In this document: piece by piece, positions 59,903-64,000 of the stretch
Layout of the letters: every line of letters starts with the position of its first letter
How positions within the stretch are numbered: position 1 is the first letter of the stretch
NCBI GenBank assembly: GCA_963702475.1
Contig: CAVPCT010000003.1
Location: 224,001 to 288,000 of the forward strand
DNA: 64,000 nucleotides
From: an uncultured Thermoleophilia bacterium
GTDB lineage: Bacteria; Actinomycetota; Thermoleophilia; UBA2241
Direction: 5' to 3'
Notes under the pieces: model-generated
What the model was told of the DNA's origin: nothing
Seen by the model: only the letters and a program-made list of their open reading frames with translations
Databases searched by the model: none
Translations under genes and position numbers: made by a program

Positions 59903-61440
59903 TGCAGGAAGTGCCGGCGCCCCGTGAACACCATGGCGGCGCCGTGCGCGTCGCAGGCAGCAACGGCAGGCTCGTCGCCCTTGCTGCCGCCAGGCTGCAT
60001 GAACGCGGTCACGCCGTGCTCGATGGCCAGCTCCACCGCGTCAGGGAACGGGAAGAACGCGTCCGAACCGATGACTGTGCCCTTCAGATCGATCTGCGCC
60101 TTCTCGATGGCGATGCGTGTGGAGTCGACGCGGCTCATCTGCCCGGCCCCGACGCCCACGGTGGCCAGGTTCTTCGCGATCACGATAGCGTTGCTCTTGA
60201 CGTGCTTGGCGACCCGGAAAGCGAAGATGAGGTCGCCCCACTCCTGCTCGTCGGGGTGACGCTCGGTGGCGACCTCCATCTGGTCGCGCTCCTCCTGGTC
60301 GCTGTCCTTGTCCTGCACCAGGATGCCGCCGATGACGCGCTTGTAGTCGAGCTCGCCGGGGTTGGCCTGGCGACGCTCCTCGGTCTGGAGCAGGCGGATA
60401 TCGGGCTTGCGCTTGAGGATCTCGAGCGCCTCCTCCTCGTAGCCGGGTGCGAAGAGCACTTCGACGAAGAGGTCGGCGAGGCGCTCGGCAAGGGGGACGT
60501 CCACCGTGCGGTTGACCGCGATGACCGATCCGAAGGCGCTCACGGGGTCGCAGGCGAACGCCTTGTCGTAGGCCGCGGCCAGGTTCTCGGCCAGGGCGCA
60601 GCCGCAGGGGTTGTTGTGCTTGATGATGGTGACGCACGGTAGCGAGAACTCTTCACAGATGTTGCGCGCCGCGTTGAGGTCGTACAGGTTGTTGAAGCCG
60701 AGCTGCTTGCCGTGCAGCTGTTCGACCTGGCTCAGCAGATGCTGGCGCATGCCGACCTCGGCGTAGTACGCCGCGCGCTGGTGGGGGTTCTCGCCGTACT
60801 TGAGCTCGAGGACCTTCTCGTAGTCGCGCATCACGTACTCGGGAAAGTCGCCGCCGGCCTCGCTGAACCAGTTGGCGATGACGAAGTCGTAGTGGGCGGT
60901 GCGGTGGAAGGCCTTGGTGGCGAGGTCGCGCAGCGTCTCGTAGCTGAGCTCGCCGCCGTTGGCGGCCATCTCCTCGAGCACCCTGTCGTAGTCCTTGTGG
61001 CTCGTGACGACGGCGACGCCGGCGTGGTTCTTGGCCGCGGCGCGGATCATGCTCGGCCCGCCGATATCGATGTTCTCGATGACGACCTCGTCCTCCACGC
61101 CGCGCCGGTTGGCGACCTCCTCGAAGGGATAGAGACTGCAGACGACCATGTCGATGGGCTCGATGCCGTGGGCCTTGATGGTCTCCATGTGCTCGGGCAC
61201 GTCGCGCCGCGCCAGGATGCCGGCCATGAGCTTGGGGTGCATTGTCTTGACGCGGCCGTCGAGCATCTCGGGAAAGCCCGTGACCTCTTCGACGAGCGTC
61301 ACGGGGATGCCGGAGTCCTTGAGCAGCCGGGCCGTGCCGCCGGTGGAGATGAGCTGCACGCCCATGTCGCTGAGCCCTTTGGCGAACGACTCCAGGCCGC
61401 TCTTGTTGAACACGCTGATGAGGGCTCGCTGGACTTTCAC
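59899..61440 (-). CDS. purH: Bifunctional AICAR transformylase/IMP cyclohydrolase
   Basis: RALISV, STGGT, GRVKTMHP, IDIGGP, KYGENPHQ, KHNNPCG, KSNAI, SDAFFPF, RHFLH. Confidence 0.97.
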   Translation of the reverse strand: MKVQRALISVFNKSGLESFAKGLSDMGVQLISTGGTARLLKDSGIPVTLVEEVTGFPEMLDGRVKTMHPKLMAGILARRDVPEHMETIKAHGIEPIDMVVCSLYPFEEVANRRGVEDEVVIENIDIGGPSMIRAAAKNHAGVAVVTSHKDYDRVLEEMAANGGELSYETLRDLATKAFHRTAHYDFVIANWFSEAGGDFPEYVMRDYEKVLELKYGENPHQRAAYYAEVGMRQHLLSQVEQLHGKQLGFNNLYDLNAARNICEEFSLPCVTIIKHNNPCGCALAENLAAAYDKAFACDPVSAFGSVIAVNRTVDVPLAERLADLFVEVLFAPGYEEEALEILKRKPDIRLLQTEERRQANPGELDYKRVIGGILVQDKDSDQEERDQMEVATERHPDEQEWGDLIFAFRVAKHVKSNAIVIAKNLATVGVGAGQMSRVDSTRIAIEKAQIDLKGTVIGSDAFFPFPDAVELAIEHGVTAFMQPGGSKGDEPAVAACDAHGAAMVFTGRRHFLH

Positions 61441-61507
61441 TGACCCACGCTCCTTGCGACGGACGATGTTCGACAGCGGCCCGCACGCCGCGGGCCGCCG
61501 CCGAAGC

Positions 61508-61903
61508 CTACCGGAAAGGCCGGAGGCGGTGAAGGGGTGGGGCCGGAGGTTGAGCGGGGGTGCGCAGATGCCGAAGGTGAGCCTCGATCTTGAGGCGGTT
61601 GCGCACGATGCCGGCGTCGCCCATCAGCCGCGCGAAGTCCGCTTCGCCGAACGCGACCACGGCCGGGATGCTGAAGCCGGCGAAAGCCTCACGGAACGCC
61701 GGCCGCTTGCGCAGGATCGTGAGCGACGAGAGGCCGGACTGGAAGGCCTCGAGCGTGAGGCGCTCGAAGAGCAGGTCGTCCTCCAGCACCGGTCGGTCCC
61801 ACTCGTCGTCGTGGTAGGCGAGGTACTCGGGTGCTCCACCCACGGCCCAGAAGCAGCGCGGCCGGCCGTCCGGGCCGGCCGCGAGGGCATCCCTCTCGGT
61901 CAC
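61508..61903 (-). pseudogene. tag: DNA-3-methyladenine glycosylase I, C-terminally truncated
   Basis: RCFW...YHDDEW, LFERLTLEAFQSGLS, IVRNRLKIEA, then similarity ends. Confidence 0.7.
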
Positions 61904-61907
61904 GCGG

Positions 61908-62219
61908 TCAGGAGAGCTTCTCTCTGGCCTTGGCGATGAGCTCGTTGGCCTCTTTCTGAGCTCGCTCCAGCAGGTCGGCCGCCTCCTTCTTGGCCCTCTC
62001 CAGCAGGTCGGCCGCCTCGGCCTTGGCCTTCTCGATGATCTCGGCCGCCTCGGCCTTGGCCTTGTCGGTGGTGGGCTTGGCCTTCTCGCTCAGGTCGGCG
62101 GCCGTGGCCTTGGCCTTCTCGCCGAGGTCGGCAGCGGTCGCCTTTGCTTTCTCGATGGCCGGTCCCGACTTCTCCTTGGCGTCCGCTGCGGCCTGCTTGG
62201 CCTTGTCGGTGATGCCCAT
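61908..62219 (-). CDS. Ala/Lys/Glu-rich 11-residue-repeat helical protein
   Basis: GGAGG RBS; repeats such as EKAKATAADLG, EKAKAEAADLL. Confidence 0.7.
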   Translation of the reverse strand: MGITDKAKQAAADAKEKSGPAIEKAKATAADLGEKAKATAADLSEKAKPTTDKAKAEAAEIIEKAKAEAADLLERAKKEAADLLERAQKEANELIAKAREKLS

Positions 62220-62329
62220 GCGGTCCTCCCGTTCGTTCGGAGTACGGTGCTCTGGTTCTCACTGTACCCTGCTGCGGGCCTCGCCAAGTGGGGACGAGGG
62301 CCGGACGGCGGTCGCGGGGCCGCTGGCCG

Positions 62330-63097
62330 TCACTTCGCGAAGTAGACGACGGCGATGACGACGCCGAGGACGACGACCACGGTGCGGAGCCTTGTGGCCG
62401 GCACCCTGCCGGCGAACCGCCCGCCGAGTGAGCCGCCGGTGAGGGCGCCGACCGCCATGACGGCCGCTGCGCTCCAGACCACGCCGCCGGCCGAGGCGAA
62501 GAGCACGGCCGCGGCGGCATTGGCGAAGAACGAGATCGCCTGCTTGAGCGCGTTGACCCGGTTCAGGGAGTCGGGCAGCACGAGCGAGAACAGCGACAGC
62601 AAGATGATGCCGAGACCGGCGCCGAAGTAGCCTCCGTACACGGCGCCGGCGAACGCGGCGGCGACGCCGGCGGCGCCCGTGCGCCCGGCGGCGTCGTGCT
62701 CGCGCAGCCGCACGACGGCGGTCTTCTTGAGCCACGGCTCGGCTGCCAGCATCGCCGTGGCCAGCAGGATCAGCCACGGCACGAGCCGGCCGAAGAGCTT
62801 CTCGCCGGTGAGCAGCAGCAGCGTGCCGCCGAGCAGGCCGCCGGCCACGGCCGGCACGAGCATCACCCACACGCGGCGCCGCTGGCCGCTGAGGTCGTGG
62901 CGCTGCCCGATCGTGCCGCCGAGGTAGCCGGGCACGAGCGCTACGGTGTTGGTGGTGTTGGCGTTCAGCGGCGGCACCCCGACGGCGATGAGGGCGGGAA
63001 AGGTGATCAGCGTCCCGCCCCCTGCCAGCGCGTTCACCGCGCCGCCGCCGAGCGCGGCCAGGCCGAGAAGCGCCAGGTCCAGGGCGGTGAGGGTCAC
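62330..63097 (-). CDS. TauE/SafE (TSUP) family membrane protein
   Basis: NALAGGGTLITFPAL, YGGYFGAGLG, NALK. Confidence 0.88.
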   Translation of the reverse strand: MTLTALDLALLGLAALGGGAVNALAGGGTLITFPALIAVGVPPLNANTTNTVALVPGYLGGTIGQRHDLSGQRRRVWVMLVPAVAGGLLGGTLLLLTGEKLFGRLVPWLILLATAMLAAEPWLKKTAVVRLREHDAAGRTGAAGVAAAFAGAVYGGYFGAGLGIILLSLFSLVLPDSLNRVNALKQAISFFANAAAAVLFASAGGVVWSAAAVMAVGALTGGSLGGRFAGRVPATRLRTVVVVLGVVIAVVYFAK

Positions 63098-63165
63098 TGG
63101 CCGGGGTTCATCCTGCCCGCGTCCTGTTGGGCCGCGACCTGCTCGCGCATCGACCTCCCGCGCGC

Positions 63166-63381
63166 CTACTTCTTGAGCGCGTCACTGGCCTTCTGCGCCA
63201 GGTCCGACGCTTCCTGCTTGGCCTGGTCGAGGTGCGGCTTCGCCTTCTCGCCGTACTCGGCCGCCTTCTCCTTCGCCTTCTCGACGGTGGGCGCGGCCTT
63301 CTCCTGCAGGTCCTCCGCGGCGGCCTTCGCTTTGGCCGCGGCCTCTTCAGCCATCTGCTTCGCCTTGTCGAAGAATCCCAT
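63166..63381 (-). CDS. Small Ala/Lys-rich helical protein
   Basis: GGAGGGAG RBS; MGFFDKAK start with repeats similar to 61908-62219. Confidence 0.65.
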   Translation of the reverse strand: MGFFDKAKQMAEEAAAKAKAAAEDLQEKAAPTVEKAKEKAAEYGEKAKPHLDQAKQEASDLAQKASDALKK

Positions 63382-63458
63382 GCTCCCTCCCAGCTGTCGG
63401 CTCGACGCCTCTGAGCCCTTGTACCCTGCGCCGCCGGCTTCCCATCTCCTGCCCGTGC

Positions 63459-63487
63459 TTGACTGTTATATATCCAAAGGATATAGT
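63459..63487 (+). promoter_or_regulatory. Sigma70-type promoter with palindromic operator upstream of padR
   Basis: TTGACT-17bp-TATAGT with TATATCC-aaa-GGATATA (63469-63485). Confidence 0.75.
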
Positions 63488-63522
63488 ACGTTCCGTCATA
63501 TCTGACTGCGACGGAGGACCCG

Positions 63523-64000
63523 ATGCCCCGGGAGAACAAGACGAAGTACGCGGTGTTGGGGATGCTCGGCTACGGCCCGCTGTCCGGCTACGACATCCGG
63601 CAGATCTACGAGCGGAGCCTCGGCCACTTCTGGAGCGAGAGCTACGGGCACATCTACCCGATCCTCAAGCGCCTGGTGGAGCGAGGGTCTCGCCACGCGC
63701 GCCGTCGAGAGCAACCCGGGCCGTCCCGACCGGCACGTGTACACCATCACCGACGCCGGCCGCGAGGAGATGCGCCGCTGGCTCGCTCAGAGCCTGGAGC
63801 CGCAGAAGGAGCGCGTGGAGGTCCTGCTCAAGCTCTTTCACGGGTGGGAGGGCGGGCCCGAGGTCATGCTCGAGCACGTGCGCGCCTTTCGCGCCGAGAA
63901 CGAGGAGCTACTGCAGCGGTACGCCCACTACGACGAGCACCTGCGCGCCGACCACAGCCCGCCGGCGCCGTACTGGCGCACTACCGTGAGCTGCGGGCAG
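63523..64000 (+). CDS. PadR-family regulator (frameshift near 63688; runs off the window)
   Basis: YAVLGML..GPLSGYDI...FWSESYGHIYPILKRL; RPDRHVYTITDAGR. Confidence 0.85.
   Translation, partial: MPRENKTKYAVLGMLGYGPLSGYDIRQIYERSLGHFWSESYGHIYPILKRLVERGSRHARRREQPGPSRPARVHHHRRRPRGDAPLARSEPGAAEGARGGPAQALSRVGGRARGHARARARLSRRERGATAAVRPLRRAPARRPQPAGAVLAHYRELRA

Noticed and set aside
61441-61510. ZMP/ZTP riboswitch expected upstream of purH
   Set aside because: Only a GC hairpin (gcggcccgc/gcgggccgc) is visible; I could not find the conserved riboswitch elements.

Overview
This is a GC-rich bacterial window; an actinobacterial origin is plausible from GC content and gene style but cannot be proven from the sequence. 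(1) 1-13.8 kb is backbone: a fused heme-copper oxidase I/III, CopC/CopD, SulP, HAD, PAS-GAF, Fe-S and GrpB genes. (2) A ~28.4 kb genomic island sits in tRNA-Glu(TTC), bounded by a 48-bp direct repeat (13806-13853 and 42202-42249), with no recognisable integrase. It carries a TtrA-clade molybdoenzyme pair, ccdA/thioredoxins, acr3-arsD-arsA, arsM, arsC, four ArsR regulators, a DGC/GcvH/FmdE/DUF169 block, a P1B-ATPase and the mercury-methylation genes hgcAB. Many island genes are frameshifted, probably by assembly error. (3) Just outside the island (42.4-46.0 kb) is a tightly coupled four-gene operon: Tat-like-motif PqqD/RRE, radical SAM-SPASM, a 168-aa precursor-like protein with YxxP motifs and six C-x-C motifs, and a membrane TPR protein. 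This is my best candidate for an undescribed RiPP/peptide-modification system. (4) The remainder has LarA-like, K+ channel, DUF2252, a secreted FG-GAP protein, MttB, toxin-antitoxin genes next to tRNA-Lys(TTT), a candidate sRNA, GNAT, purH and PadR. All family calls come from motif recognition by eye; no database search was run.
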